DNA from: Vitrella brassicaformis CCMP3155
Taxonomy: Eukaryota > Protista > Chromerida
Direction: 5' to 3'
Length of the DNA: 64,000 nucleotides
Assembly: GCA_001179505.1 (NCBI GenBank)
Contig: CDMY01000770.1
Span: 124,001 to 188,000 of the forward strand
The notes under the pieces were generated by a model. It saw nothing but the letters and a program-made list of their open reading frames with translations. It searched no databases and was not told the DNA's origin. Of the stretch, positions 1-14,291 are shown piece after piece (positions within the stretch are counted from its first letter, which is position 1; every line of letters begins with the position of its first letter). The position numbers and the translations under genes are program-made.

Positions 1-3000
1 CGAACGCCAGGGGGAAGTCGTTCTCGAGCGCCTTCTGCACCAGACAGAGGGTGACGGCCGACGAGCAGAAGCTAGTGGCGGGTGCGTTTGTCGACGCGAG
101 GGATGAGGAGAAGGATATGGCGCTCTTGATGTTTGGCGTGGCGCCCCGCGCCCAGTTGGACGACTGGCTCGACGCAGTAGTAGGGGGCGAGGCCGACGAC
201 GGTGAGGATGGGCCGAGGTCCACATCGTGCTTCCGCTGCGCCGCCGTTATGTCGTCACGCAGTCGGGTCTGACGCAAAAGAGAGAGAGAGAGAGAGATTG
301 GGGAGTGGGGGAACGGTGCGTGAGGGAGAGGGACCTACCAGCTCGTTGCTGATGGTGTGTATGGCTGATTGGAGTTCCTTGATGTGGCCGTCGAGCGGGG
401 CGAAGTCGGTGGGGGGCGCTACACTGTCACGGCTGGACTCTGACGGGGAGGTGGCCGCGTCGGTGTTGATCGACAGCAGGTGATCCAGATGCCCGGACAG
501 CCCACGCAGACCCTGGAGAAGACACACGATGTCCAGCACGAGAAGAAGAACAGTTTCGTTCTCCAGTCAGTGTCTGTCATTTCTTCCGCTTGTGTGCGTG
601 CGTACCTTCTTGACACGCTCGGTGCCCTCGGCCATCCCAGTGAAGGACACCTCCTCTCGGCTGAGTGCCGCACTGCACCATACAAACGTTATATATGTTA
701 TAAGACAGAAAAGACCCATCCATGCATCCATTTGTGAGTCAGACCGCCTCGCCCCTCCCTCCCTCCAACCCACACCACTCACCTGAGTCTCTTCCACTCA
801 TTGGCGGCCCTGTCGCCCTCGGCCGTCACCTCCCCCAGCCGCTGCAGCCACGGCGGGACAACACCTGCCTGCGGCCCGCCATCACCCAGCGCCGTCGCTG
901 CACCGACGTTGCGCACAGGGTGGTTGGTCAAGGCCCAGTCATCCACATCAAACAGTACCCCGAAACGGACCTCCGCATCGGCCTTCTCCAGGTCTGCCGG
1001 GCTCTCCAGCAGCGGGCCGGTCGGCGGCGGGTCGGGGGGTGTTCGGTGAGTGTCGGTGTGTGTCTCGTGAAGGTCGCTGGGGTGCAGCACTTGCAGGCGC
1101 GATGGTGCAAGGGAGAGTGCGGACGCCTCAAAGGCGTAGAGCGCCTTGACTATCGTCTGCCACCCCTTGAGCAGCTCCACCAGGTCAGCGGGCACCCCGC
1201 CGCTCGAGCAGTTCTTGAGCACCTCCAGCACATCGTCCATTATAGCCACCAACTCCACCAGCGTATTCAGGCCGCCCTCGCCTTCAATCATGGTCTTGGT
1301 GGCCTTGAGGAGGTGGACGCACCACTTCCAGCAGCCGCCGATGACGGGCAGCTGCTTCTTGCGGGCCGTGGCCGACTGAGAGCCGCCGATGCCGCCCATT
1401 CCCACGCCGACGGCCTTTGGTTTGAGGGATGCCAGGGAGTCGCTGGCGTCACGACGCATGCATGAAGCGCGACGCTCCAGACGCACTCGGAGGCCGGACA
1501 GCGCACCGTCTGCAAGCGTGGGCAGGGGGAGGTGAGGTGTGTTGGTCGGATGCGCGTGCGCGTGGCAACCTACCTACCTTTGGCGAAGAGCTGCATGGCT
1601 CTGTCGAGCTGGTCGGCCACGGCGACGAAGTTGTTCTCCTGCTGCTGGGCCGCATGGCGCATCGTCTGAAGCTCTTCATCCAAACGCTGACAGAGAGAGG
1701 GAGGGAGAGAACACGCCCATCCGATCGCACCCACCCGTCTCGCCTCTGCGTCAGCCTGTGTGTGTGTGTGTACCTGGACTGCCGTGTTGAGTACGGCTGT
1801 GTCGGTCGTGAGCTGGAACGGCTCGTCAGGTGAGTGTGTGGGCGCCTTGAGCTCAGCGAAGAGCCGCATGAAGAACTGCAGGGGGTGGTGGTTGGACCAC
1901 GCCTGTGTCAACATCCCCAGGGGAGCCACTCGCTCAGACAGCCCCTGCACACGCACCACATCAGATAGACACCACTGAGGGAAATCGCTCCGTCTGTCCG
2001 TTCTTCCTTTCGATTACCCGCAGAGTGCATTGGAGGTTGATAAAGATGTTGCAGAGTTTCTGCGCCCTCGAGCTGAACCTGTGAATGGCCCGCCACCTGT
2101 CGCTGACGCTGGCCCGCTGTTCGACGTCAGTCGGCATCTTGACGGGCGGGATGAGCGCCACGGGGCTCTTGAAGGACACCAGGAAGTGGGAGGAGAACTG
2201 GTAGTGGTGCTGCAGAGACAGCAGGAACTGATACACCCCCTGCAGCGCCACCGCGGACGACTGGATGGTGGCCCTGCACTCCACCAACTGCGCAGTGCTG
2301 CTGGCGTGCTTGGCCTCGAGATCGGACAGCTCCTGCACACACACAGACACACAGAGAGGAGACGAGGGTCTTGGTGGGCCTGTGGGAGGGGAGCCAGTCT
2401 CGCTGTGTGTGAGGGGTGGGTGTGCTGTGTGTGTACCTTTTGTATTTTGTTGGTTTTGTTTTCGTAGTCGATGCGGTCCTTCTTGGTGACATATCCGCTG
2501 CTGTCGCCCGTCAGGCTCAGCTCCCTCAGCGTCTCAATCACAGACGACTGGGCCCTCGCCACCTCCTGCACACACACACACACACACATGGGTGACTCCG
2601 CATGGCCATTGTCTCGACCACACACCCCGACCTGTGCCTCAGCAGCGAGCCTGGATAGCTGTTTGGAGGTGTCCCTGCTAATGGTGTCGAGCAGGCTGCT
2701 GAGGGCCTCCTTGAGCACCCGCTCTCGCGTGACAGCCACCTCCTCGAGCGACACTGGGGGCGGCAGGGCCGCCGCAGACAGCCAATCGTGCAGAGGGGCC
2801 AGCAGGAGGGTGTCCATCAGGCCGGCATACATCTCACGCCACTCGCCGAGGATACACAACACATCCTCCAGTGTCTGCACTCAGTCACATACCATACACC
2901 ATGCAGTCGAGACTTGAGGCTTTGTTGCTCCCCCCTCTCTCCACGCGTGGCTTATCTCACCTCTTGGAAGATGCCGTGTGTGCCGGTGGGCCCGAGGGCG

Positions 3001-6000
3001 TAGGAAATGATGCGCGTGAGGCGGAACGGCACACACTCGGGCACCCGCAGCCGCGCCCCCCTGTCGAAGCAGATCGACACGTCAACGTGCACCACCTCGC
3101 CCGTCCTCGCGTCGAGAAGGATGTTGTCCAGGTGCCGGTCGCCGAGGCCAATCAGGTGCCCGATGGCCGAGTGAATGGCCGTGGATGTGGCGAACGACGC
3201 CGTCAGCGCCGTGTGGTGTGCGGGGTGGGTCGACGAGAGGAACAGCTCGCGAGATATGATGTCGGGCGGCGTCTCGCTCTGCAGCTCCAAAAACACCTGA
3301 CATGACAGACACAGCAAGGTGTGAGGGGAGAGAGGCTGGGTCCCTTCTCGAAGCCCTAAATCTGTCCCAAGGCCTGGCTGACCTCTTTCATCATGTCGGC
3401 TGGCCAGTCCTTCCTCTGTGTGGTGTTAGGATTCATGCCCCGCCTCTCCAGCTTCTCCTGCACCTTCCTGTGGTACGCCTCGGTCGCACCCTCAATCCGC
3501 CCCGCCACAGCAGCGGCGATCCGCGACACCAGGCGCACGGCGGTCTCGTCGGTGGGCCCACCGCCCACGCCCCCGCCGCCCTCCTCGAAGTGCTTGCGGT
3601 AAGGCTGGAACTTGTGGTGGAAGTCGGTCTCCTTCCGCTGCGAGCCCGTCAGGTTTGTGAGGGAGATGATGCCGCCCTGCTGCGGGGCCACGGGCGCAGA
3701 CGCCTTCAACTGCGCCTGCAGAAGGCGCAATTGCTCCTGTGTGTGGGAGATGGAAAACAAACAGGTAATGGTGGACGGGCTTATGTGTCGGGTCACTCAA
3801 TTCACCCGTACCTTTTGTATTTTCCTCTGCTTGAGGAGGGCGAAGAAGGGCACGGCGTTGTTGACCCACCGAATCAGCCCCGACCTGGGCGACAGTGGCA
3901 CCACGTCATAGTGCCTGCACCGCCAGCCTGCCCTGCCCTCCTCCTCGAGCACTCTCGTCGTGAGGGCCAGGACCTGCATCAGCCGCTGATCGAGCTGCAG
4001 GTCGTCGCGGCCCTTGAGCAGAAAAGTGTGCTGCTGCCCTTTGTCGTCCTCTATAACCACCTTCTTGGGCCGCGTCTTGGTGGCCAGGCAGGACACCTTG
4101 GGGCCGAACCTGCAGAGTGGCAGGAGGGCGGGGGCGCCTGAGGGAGTAGTGGTGGGGAGGTGCAGCAGGGGCTGCTTGAGGGGCGTGTCGGTGGCCACTG
4201 ACGAGCTGAGCTGCTCGAGCGAGGGGGAGATCTCACGCAGCGGCTGCGACGGGATCCGGCCGCACTCCCTGCACATCAAATGACGTTTGGTGTGTGCCTC
4301 CTGGTCTCTCTCTTTGCGCCTCACGGGTCTCACGAACGTACTTGAGTATGGCTGTCAGGTGCGTAATGAAGCTCCGCCTCATGTTGCCTGGGTCCTTGCC
4401 AGCCTCCTCTCCCCACCGCCCCTCATCCCTCCTCTCACCAGCACCACCACCACCACCACTCTCCGTTGCCCGCTGCCTCTCGTCGTCCTCACCTAGCGAA
4501 GCGTGCGCATCCAGCGCATATCGCAGCTGCGGCACAATACGCGACAGGAACCGCCTGGCGGCGATCGAGTCCACCACGGGCGCCCCGCCGCCACTGAGCA
4601 TCTTGATGGCATCAACGGCCTTCTGCACGCCCTTGGCAGACGGGGACGGCGCGCTGGCCTGCGGTGCGGGGGCAATGGGCTGGACGGGGGGGAAGTCCAC
4701 CTGCTGCTGCCGACCCCGCCTGCCGCCGCGGTGAGGGGGGAGTCGTTGCTGGCGTGGGGGAGTGGGCGTGGACCCGGGCTGGGGGAGGACGGTATCGCCC
4801 GAGAGGCTGACAAGTGCGGCGTGGAACTCGTTGACCTTGCCGTAGAGCAGCGGGAGGATGCCCGGCTGGAGGGACATGTCTGAGTTGATGAAGGCCACGA
4901 TGCGCTCGAGGTACCGGTGGGAGACCTCATCAATGGGGTTGGCCAGGGCGGCCACGCCCTCCAACAGACCCGACAGCGCCTGCACCATGTCGGGCTGGTG
5001 CTCCCGCAGACACTCCATCGCGCGCCCGCCCTCAGATAGCCGCACTGAAGCGTCATGGCCTCCATCCTTGGCGGCATCGTCTCTCTCGGCTGCAATCGAC
5101 TGTTCCGACACACTCGCGGCGAAGAGTGTGTGTCTGGGGCAGGCGTCAGAGAGTCGCCAGAAGAGGCGCAGGGCCGCCTGCCGTGAGAGGGGGTGTGGGT
5201 GGCGTGTGGTGGCCAGCAGCTGAGGCGCGACCTGTAGCCATACGGCGGGTGGGATGGCGGGTGCGGTGATGGTCTCGAGGGCCAGCTTGGGGTTGAACTG
5301 AGCGGGCAGAATCTTGAGGCACCGCAGCAACATCTTGACCAGGGTGGCGTGCGGGGGCGGCAGGATGCACTCAGACTGTTGTTCTGCACCCCACCCCCTG
5401 GCCTCCTGTGCCCCCTCTCCCCCTCCAGTCGCCTTGGGCGGCCCCACGGACATGTATCTGGCATAGGCGGCCAGGCACTCGGTGGCCGTGAGAGTCCGCC
5501 ACTTGTGCAGCGACCGGCAGTACCGCTTTAGCAGCTCCACCACGGCCGTCTTGACGCGAGGGGGGAAGAGCTCGCACATGGCCGACGACGACAGCGCGTG
5601 AGACCAGTCAAACGCCGCCTCCGCCCCCTGCCTCTCCAGCTGTGCCAGGGACCGCCCCTTCTCCATCTCGGCTGCGGTTGGCGGTGCAGGGGGGTGCAGC
5701 TCGCTCCACTCCTTGACGGCAGTGCGGCAGACGCCCACCAGCTGTGCGAGCCGCTCGCGCAGCGGTGTGCTGCCGTCCTCGGTGGTGGGTGACTTGATGA
5801 GTCCCTGCTGCTTGAGCAGCTCCAGCACGTTCCACGCCAGCTGCGGCCCGTCGACCTGCCGCCGTTGGTCGTAGCACCAGTCGCCGTACCGCCGCCAGAG
5901 GTCCGCACTGTCCCTCACGATCTCACAGCCGGTCCGAAGCAGCCACCCCGCCACTTTGGGGTTGAAGAGGGGCCGGTGGGCGGCCGACAGGTGGGATGTG

Positions 6001-9000
6001 ACGTGGTGCACTGGCGGGGGGTGCTTGGCCGCACCGGGGGGCGACGCCGACGGGTCCCAGTCTTTCTTGGTCCAGTGCTGGCCTATCGCCCGCACCACAT
6101 CAGCGTCCACAGGGATGCCCGTAGAGTCGGTGTGTATGCGGCGGGTGGCGCGGATCTGCAGCAGCTGGGTCTGTAGCTGCCCGACTTTCTCCTCCAGAAG
6201 ACCCCCGCTCACACGCAACGCGTCCAGCGGACTCGCGTCGCCTTCGCGAGTGCTCTCGCTGTCGATGATGACTCGGTGATGCGCGCGCAGCATGTCGACG
6301 TACTCCGTCACGAGCTGAGCCGTGAGCTGCCCCACCAGCTGGCCGCCGTCATGGTCAGCCTTGCTGAGGTGTGGGAGGAGGGCCGTGAGGGCCTCCTGGA
6401 GGCTGGTGAAGGCGTATGGGAGGCGGCCTGTGGCGGCCATGCTGTGTGCGTAGCAGAGGCTGTGCTGGGCGGCGTATATGGGGTCTGAGTCGTCCATGGG
6501 TGCGGGGAGGAGGGAAGGGTGCAGGAGGCTGAACGCGTAGCTCTGGTTGCCCGACCGCACTGCCATGTTATGCAGCCGCATCTGACACATTGCATTACAC
6601 AGTCACGTCACGCAGACACACACGGGGACGTCAGTCACTGTTGTGTAGCCGCTCGTGTCCAGTGCACAGAAACTGTTTCTTTCTCTGTTCCACGCCCGCC
6701 TGTTGCCTCACTCACTCACCAGGTCGGTCGCAGCGAAGTGCAGCGGCAGACCAAGGCTCCTCGAGAACTGGAGACAACAGACAGGAGAAGCTGAATGAAT
6801 CTTGACCCTCGCCACCCGACCTGCCTCGCCCCCCGCTTGGTTGTTCTCACCTTCATGTCATCGATCGAGGGCAGAACAACCTCGCCGGTCTTGCCGCCGT
6901 CAACAATTCTCTCAGTCACCCGCCGCTCCAACAAGTCCAGACATCGCAATGCCGTTGCTTGACGAGCCATGGCCCCACAGCTGCCCAGCGACACACATGG
7001 GAAGGCCGGCATCGGCTCCACCACACTCTGCGCGCTCATGTGGGTGACGATGGACGCCCGGGCTTTGTCGAGGGAGTAGTAGAAGCGCTCCAGCAGCGGA
7101 GAGGCAGGGGCGGGAGGGTGTGGCGGCGGGTTGTCGATGAGGTCGTGTGCGGTGGCTGCCGCGTCCATGAGGAAGAGGTCGGACACCTGCGGCCACTCCG
7201 ACAGACGCAGCACCATCTCGTAGTGGTAGGATGAGGGCGACGGCATCGGGGGGCTGGAGCTGCTGCCACTGCCACTCTCGTCGGCGCGGGGCGAGCTCGA
7301 CCGGAGGGACTCCTCCACATCCCTCTGCTGATCAGCAGCTGCACACACGATACACGAGACAGCACAAACAAACGGACCATGCAGCTGTGGCTCACGTCAT
7401 CCTTGTCTGGTCGGTCTGCTTCGGTATCCTTACTTGCCCAGTCTGCCGGCAGCTGCGCCAGGGCCATCTGAATGGACGACCGGCACCCTGCCCTCTCCCC
7501 GTCTAACAGCCTCAGCTGGGCCCTCACGCCCTCCAGGGCCGCCTTGGACACCACCATCTCAGCACCGGGCTGCTCATACGTCTCCACCCACCGACTCAGC
7601 GCAGTCTTGTCGCCGAGGGCGCATGCGGCGTCCCGCCATGCGCGAGCCAGCACCACCTGCACGAGAGTGGCGTTGGCGGGGCTGAGGGCTATGGGGAGGT
7701 CGCTCGATGCGGCCGAGGCCTCGGGGGCGTCGCCGGTGGGCCGAATGACCATGACGCAGGGGCCAGTGGACTTGGCTGACGGGGCGAGGTGCGCACGGAG
7801 GCCGTAGATAAGCTGGCACACCTCCTCCAGCCTGAATGAGACACAACAGGCACACGCACAGAGGGATGTACCCATCCCATGCGTGTATCTGTCAGGTGTG
7901 CTATGTCTTGACCGACCGTCCACCCGCGAGGCTGATGAATGCGGGTTGCGCTTTGAGGAGCAGTGTGTCGCCCCGGTACACCTTGCTCAGCAGGATGGCG
8001 GCCGGTGTCCGTGCCTGTGCCTGGGGGCTCTGGTCGCCGTCCAGAAACGAGTCGGCCGACGGGGTGGTCCACAGGTGGTGGTGCTGCTGGTGGGACTGCT
8101 CCTCGCGCACCAGCTGCTGCAGGACGATGGAGCACCGAGCCTTGTAGAGGTAGCACAGACCTCTGATCGTCCCTGGATCAACGAAGACACGGTGATGGGA
8201 CACACACGCACAGGAGACGTGTGTGCCGCCCACGTACCTGAGTTGTTGAGGCTGAGAGCGCTCAGCAGTGCGCTGAGGATGGTGGCCTCGAGCTCCTCAA
8301 GCCGCTTGCTGGCCGCTCCGGCGCCCTCTGCTGGCCGATGTGCCACGCTGTTATGCTGACCAGCTGCTGCAGCTGCAGCACTGGCCGGCTCGGCCAACGG
8401 ACGATGCCCACCCACATCCCGACCTGCATGCCCAATTGATAGATAATCAGAGCCACCTCGGTCGCTCGCCCGTCCATTCACTGACTGACCTTCTCCCTGT
8501 GACGGCTGGGCTGTGGTCTGCGAGGCAGCGGTGAGGGAGGAAGGACCCTGCAACGTGGGCGCCGTCAGGTCACCTACAAAAGACGACACAACACAAGATT
8601 CGATCAGGTTTGATGCAGTGACTGCATTTGCCCCACTCGTGTGATTACCGGTTGTGGGTGGATGTGGCTGTCCTGTAGTGTGTGTGGACGAGAAGCTCAG
8701 CGGGACACCCGCTCGCGGCCTCAACGAGCCAGACGGCGGAGACGCCTGTGTGCCGGCCCTTGACGCGCGTGAACCCTGCAGCTGGTCGTCGTCACGGACC
8801 TCGGGGGACTTTGGCGGTATGAGGGGCGGCTGTGCGGGGGCTGACGGTCTGTCACGGAGGGCGGCTATGACGTCGACAAGCCTGGTCTCGCAGACGGAGA
8901 AGTAGCCCGGAGAAGACAGGAACCGACCCAGCTGATACACACACATAGAGAGTAGGGATGAAGCCGTGAAGGTGCGTGTATCTATCGTCTCTCTCTCTGG

Positions 9001-12000
9001 GTGGGTGGCTGACGGACCGTGAGTCTGCTGAAGTACCGCCTGACGCCCTTCTGGAACCAGTCTGTGAAGATCTTCCGGTTGCTCTCTGCGAAGGTGATGG
9101 AGGGCACGGACAGCAGGGTGCCCTGCACGTGTGACGGGGCGTGCACCGATACTCCATCGGACGCCAACACGCACATCTGCTCCAGCAGGTGGAGGAACAG
9201 CACCACGCTGCCGGGATGCACCAGCCCGACACACCCACCGGAGGAAGAGGTGGAAGAATCACCGCCGCGACCTGTGGACCGAACACACACAACACATACA
9301 CACGAGCCGCTACGAATCCATTTCGCCATGTTGTCTCACTTGTGAATTGCGCGAGGATGTCCTGCCAGCAGGACGACTCGAGCGGCAGTGGGAAAGGGGC
9401 CTCGACGAGCTTCTTCCACCCATCAGGTCCGTCGTCGAGGGCCGCCCTGCTTGGCCCCTCCCCGATGGATGCATCGGCTGTGTCGCCCCTCATGCCCTGC
9501 AGCCACAGCCGCGAGGCCGTGCAGCTGTTGGCGGCCGACTCCTTCATCAGAGTGTGCATGTACAGCAGGAACTGCGGCAGATGCGACACAGGGGAGTCGC
9601 CCGCCTTGGCACCCGATTGCGTTCCTGCTGCTGCTGCCGCCGCCGATGAAGATGCCGGCGGCCTCCCTCTCTCCTTCGGTGTCCCTCCGCGGCCGTGACG
9701 GCCACCCGGTTCCCTCTCGTGTGTGTGTGACTGCTGCTGGCCTTCACCACTACCACCACCACCACCAGCAGCGGCTGTGGCTGCTGTGCCAATGAAGGGG
9801 AGCTCGAACCGTTGCGCCACCATGGTGTAGGCGAGGACGAGGAGGGTCCACGTGAGCTGGTGTGCGTGTGGCAGTGATGCGGGTGGTGGGAGGAAGGGGA
9901 CGGTCTCGTGGACTGACGTTGGCGACCGGGGGCCGTCGGCGCCGGCAGAAGGGGAGAGGGAGGGGCGGTAAGGCGACACGAACGGATGGCAAAAGGCAAA
10001 GGCCTCGGGGTCTAACGGACCCAGCGACCTGACAATACACAGACAGACAGACAGACCTGACAATAGACAGACTCGCTCCGTGTGTTGAGCTGGCTGACCT
10101 GATGTTATTGAGGATGGTGAGCATCTCGTGGCTCGACGCTTTGCCCGCCTTGATGAGCACCAGGATCAGCGCCGGCAGACACATGACGCCCTCACCACGG
10201 CACCCCACAGCAGCACCACCACCCACTTCGGCCTCCCCGCTCTCGTCACCTCCCCAGCCGCCCGGCAGCATCCGGGGCAGCGCCAGCGGGTCGGACAGCA
10301 TCTCCGTCGACCACAGGGGCACATACGACGCCCTCACTAGTGCTGCCACGCCATTCGCAGAGGCAGGGTGCCGGTGCTGGTAGAGGCGGATGTGGGCGAG
10401 GGCCGTCCGTGCGTCGGTGCCACGGACGGAGTCGTCCAGTGGCGATGGGTTGAGGAGCAGCATCTCCAGAGAGCACACGGCAGCGAACAGGCCGCCATGC
10501 AGCAGAGAGTTGAAGCGCACGTCTGGGCTGGACACCTGGAGAGCAAGGGAGCCACCCATCCCATCGGTACATGGACAGACACACTCTGCTGCGGCCTGCC
10601 CTGCCTGTCGCCCTCTTCTGACCTTATTGATGAGACTGCGGAAGGTGGCCACGTAGAGCACGGCGCCCTCATACAACGCCCTTTGAATCTCCGCAGAGGA
10701 GTCGCTCTTGACATCCCCACCGAGGACATCCATGCCTCTGGCATTGGGCGCCATCGCCACGGCGCACCTCAGCCACATTGCGTCAGGTGCATCAGAGCCG
10801 TCACTTGCCGCCGATATGGACGCAGCCAGCCTCTGCAAGATCTTGTGCTGAAACGGCAAAGGCAAAGAAAGAAGTGAGTCGGTCAGGTAGGGGCATGGGC
10901 GTTGTGTCACCTTGATGTGGGGGTCCTTGGTGGTCAGCCACAGGACGGCCGGGTGGGTCTCGATGGCCGCCAGTATGTCCTCGCGCACGGCCGCCTCGGT
11001 GGAGGGGTCAAGCAGCTCCAAGACGGACTCGCCCAGGGCGGACCACACCATGGCAGTGGCCGGCGAGTCACCGTACAGGGTCACAAGATCGCAAAGGACA
11101 GTGTTGCACGCCTGTGGAAACACAAACCACAAATACACCAACACCTCTGCATCTCTCCCTCTCAGTTCACTCACCGTCCAGCCGCTGTGTCTGATAGCGT
11201 CCCCGAGACCCCTCCAGAATCGCCCGAGGTACCTGGCCAGCCCCACCTGGCTCATCTCGCTGCCCCCACCACCCTCGGCGTCAGGCACATCAGTGCTATT
11301 CGGCACCAACACCAGCAAAAACAGCAGCGGCCACGGCGGACGGGCGTCAAGGATCTCCAGGTAACGCACCAACAGCCTACTCATGGCACGCAGCGACTTG
11401 GAGAGCTCTGGCAGGGCGGCCACCTGATCCTCTGTTGCTGCTGCTGCTGCTGGGGTCTGGGGTGGCGCTGCGAGTGACTTGACGTGTAGCTGTGCCCTGT
11501 CGATGAGTGGCGGGGGGATGGCTGGCAGGAGGGAGAGCAAAGCCGCCAGCTGACTGACGAAATACTGGACTAGGGGGACACGAAGCTGCAGGGAAACAAG
11601 CGGCAGTGGATGAGTTGTCGATGGATGTCTGGTGTGTGTGGGAGTGTGTGAGAGACTGACCTGCGGTTCGTCTCGCCCGATGCAGACTTGATATGTCTCT
11701 CTCAACGCGTCAGCAAGGCGACCGGGGCCCGGGGAGCTGTCCACACCAAAACAACCGATCACGTCTTTGTCTGAGGTGCGTGTTGTGTGCACCTGACTGA
11801 CTCCTTCACTCACTTGAGCAGCTGCATGAAGTCAGGATCCGTGACATATGTGAGCGCTGTCTGTGCGTCGAGGGACGGCCCCGCAGCCTTGAGCAGCTCC
11901 AGATGCAGCTCCACCAAAGGGACCACCTGAACCACCGCCACACATGACAATCGTGCGTGCAGCTGTTCTTCGTGTGGTTGGTCGTCTGCGCGCCTGTCTG

Positions 12001-13841
12001 ACCTTGTTTCGCTGTCCCTCTGGCAGCTGTGCGTGGCAGGCCTGGAGGTAGGCGATACACTCGCTGTACACACAGCCCACTTCTGGACCCAACAAAGCCA
12101 CCGTCGCCCTCAGCAACTGGCGGATAAGCGAATGACACACAATAGAGGTTCTCTAGCCCTATATGAGTGTGTCGGCACCCCTTCTCTCTGCTGACCTTGT
12201 CGGCTGTTTTGATGAGGTCGACGTGGTGGTCTTTGATGACGGGCTTCCAGGAGGCCTTCCCTCGACGATGACCCGGCGGCTCCGCCTGAGACGAAGACGG
12301 CGCCTCCTCGGTCTCATCTACCTGACGAACGACACACAGACACACCACAGTGCAAGCAACGTACACAGACAGGTTGTACTTTCTGTGCTTCGCTCGCTCA
12401 CTGGTTCAGCGGATTTGCCGCCGTGTGCCCGCTGGATGGCGGGGAGGGTGCGCAGGTCTGTGAGAACTCGTCGGTGGTCGTCGATGAGCTGGTCGATGGG
12501 CGTGGATGCCTTGAGGGCGGCACTGAAGGCGAGATGCAGCTCTAAATGGACCAGCACGATGCGCACACCCGTCTCACTCGGAGATCGGGCAACATCCTGA
12601 CACACCCACCACATAGGCAGACAGACAGAGCTCATCGACAGCCTGCGCTGCCCTGCCCCAACACACAGTTCTCTCTCCCTTCCAAGGCTTCCGACCTGCA
12701 TGGCTTTCTGCATGGCCACGAGTGTCCGCTTCCTCTGCGCCGCGCACCACTGGCGAGTGGTCTCCCCCGTCTCAAAGAACCGCTGCCACCTGCCGAAGTA
12801 CTCGAAGACCACCTTGGTTGGGTGTGGGAGGTTCTTCTTGGCCAGGTGCATCGCCCAGCCGCACGCCGTGTCGACGATCTCGGTGAAGTGGGCCGTGAAC
12901 TCGTCAGGTGCCGCGGATGCAAAGGCGTCGAGGAGAGGGAATATGGGGTTGCCGCCGGCGTCCTCGCTGAAGTTGAGCATCGGGTCGGTGTGGCTCATGA
13001 AGTAGTCCCCGTCTGTCAGGTACTGCATCAGCTGCTCACTGACCTTCTTCCGACACGCCTGCCGCTCCCTCCCCACCTGGCTGGTGTGCCTGGCGAGATC
13101 GGGTGGCGCCTGCTGTGGTGGGCCACGGATGAGGGGGTCAGCGGCCAGCAGGGTGCGGCCGATGTCCGACACGACAATGACGTCGAGGGGCTCCTGCGCG
13201 CAGTCCAGTGCGTTGGCCCACCACTGCCAGAACTCATACGACTTCTGCAGCGTCGTCACGAAGATCTCGAAGCACTTGAGGCCGTCCTGGTAGCCCGTCT
13301 GCATCTGACGCGACGAGGCTGCCTGCCCCTTGAGCTTGAGCAGCGCCGCCTGCAGACTGTTGAAGAGCTGCGTCGCGATGTCGTGTTGCTGATACTGCAG
13401 ACCCTCCACCAGCTGCTGGGCCGGAGTGGTTGTCAGCAGCCGATGCAGCCATCGCACCTTCTCGAATGTCTGCAGGGGCGTCTGCTGCAGCAGCACATTC
13501 GGATCGTCGAGCGGCGAGTCCGATTGCCCGCGAGGTGGACGCTTCTCATTCCTGCGGCGGGCGGGATGGCCTCCTCTGCCGTCGGGGGGGCCGCCTCGCC
13601 CTCCTGGCGGCGGCTGCTGCAGTGCGTCGGATGATTGTGAAGGGCCTCCTCTCCGTGACGGAGCTGAATCATAGGTTGGCAGGATGACGATTGGCCGGCC
13701 TCTGCCAGCCGCTCCGCTGCTGGTTGCCTCATGGTGGTGATCGTCAGCTGATGGTGTGGGCTGCTCCCCGCTGCCATTCTCCTGCTGCCGGTGATGCGGT
13801 CGGTAGACGCGGTGGCGTCTGCCGCGCTGAGGACGGTCCAT
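1..13841 (-). CDS. SMG1: SMG1-type PIKK serine/threonine kinase (nonsense-mediated decay kinase), multi-exon; C-terminus/FATC lies beyond the window start
   Basis: ATG at 13841 (MDRPQ...). Long helical N-terminal region includes VLFLHLLEQ...TFAESNRKIFTDWFQ. Kinase exons read ATKTRPKKV..FLLKGRDDLQLDQRLMQVL..RHYDVVPLSPRSGLIRWVN, RKDWP..MKEV, ETPPDIISRELF, LIGLGDRHLDNILLD..TGEVVHVD..ICFDRGARLRVPECVPFRLT, which match SMG1 rather than TOR/ATM/ATR. More than 2.9 kb of further coding exons follow the kinase domain, as expected for the SMG1 C-terminal insertion. Confidence 0.88.
279..297. repeat. (GA)n microsatellite in an intron
   Basis: Direct reading. Confidence 0.9.
2950..4260 (-). other. PI3K/PI4K-like catalytic domain of the SMG1 gene (about three exons)
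   Basis: ORFs 3797..4333, 3356..3796 and 2952..3317 carry the LKGRDDL, GLIRWV, DRHLDN and HVD motifs. Confidence 0.92.
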
Positions 13842-14030
13842 GCCGCCGATATGGCCACAGGCGACGGGCCGATGGCCGCCGGGAGCTCACGATGAATTGA
13901 AACCAAGCAAGCCGGCAACACGACGCCAAACGTCAAGGAAACTTAAGATCTTCGGCCAGGACACTTAGGACGTGTTGAGTGCTGCTCTTGCCTGCTTTTT
14001 CCTCCTCTTTTCGCGCCGGGTCGAAACTCA

Positions 14031-14062
14031 AAGCTCGCAAACAAGCTCGCCAAAAAGCTCGC
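14031..14062 (+). promoter_or_regulatory. Three tandem AAGCTCGC motifs in the SMG1/kinase divergent spacer
   Basis: AAGCTCGC at 14031, 14043 and 14055; the same motif recurs in other upstream regions. Regulatory role is inferred. Confidence 0.45.
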
Positions 14063-14291
14063 TGCGCGGAAGGAGCACGAGGCGAAGCAGATGGCACGGT
14101 GTGGAAGATCGTCCCTCAGCGGATCATCCCTTCGTTTGAAGTAGCCACTAACGTCAATGTCACGCACTGATCAGCGACCAGCGCATTCAACGACGCCCGC
14201 CTCTGCCGCTCATGTGGCCTCTCGGTGCCCCTCGTGCAGCTCCACCCCACGCCTCAATGCCCGGGCGAGGCGGAGGGACCAGCTGCGTGCA

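Noticed and set aside
722-13634. Long plus-strand ORFs over SMG1 (722..1465, 3302..4141, 12546..13634)
   Set aside because: Antisense shadows of GC-rich coding exons; no motifs and no plus-strand splice pattern.
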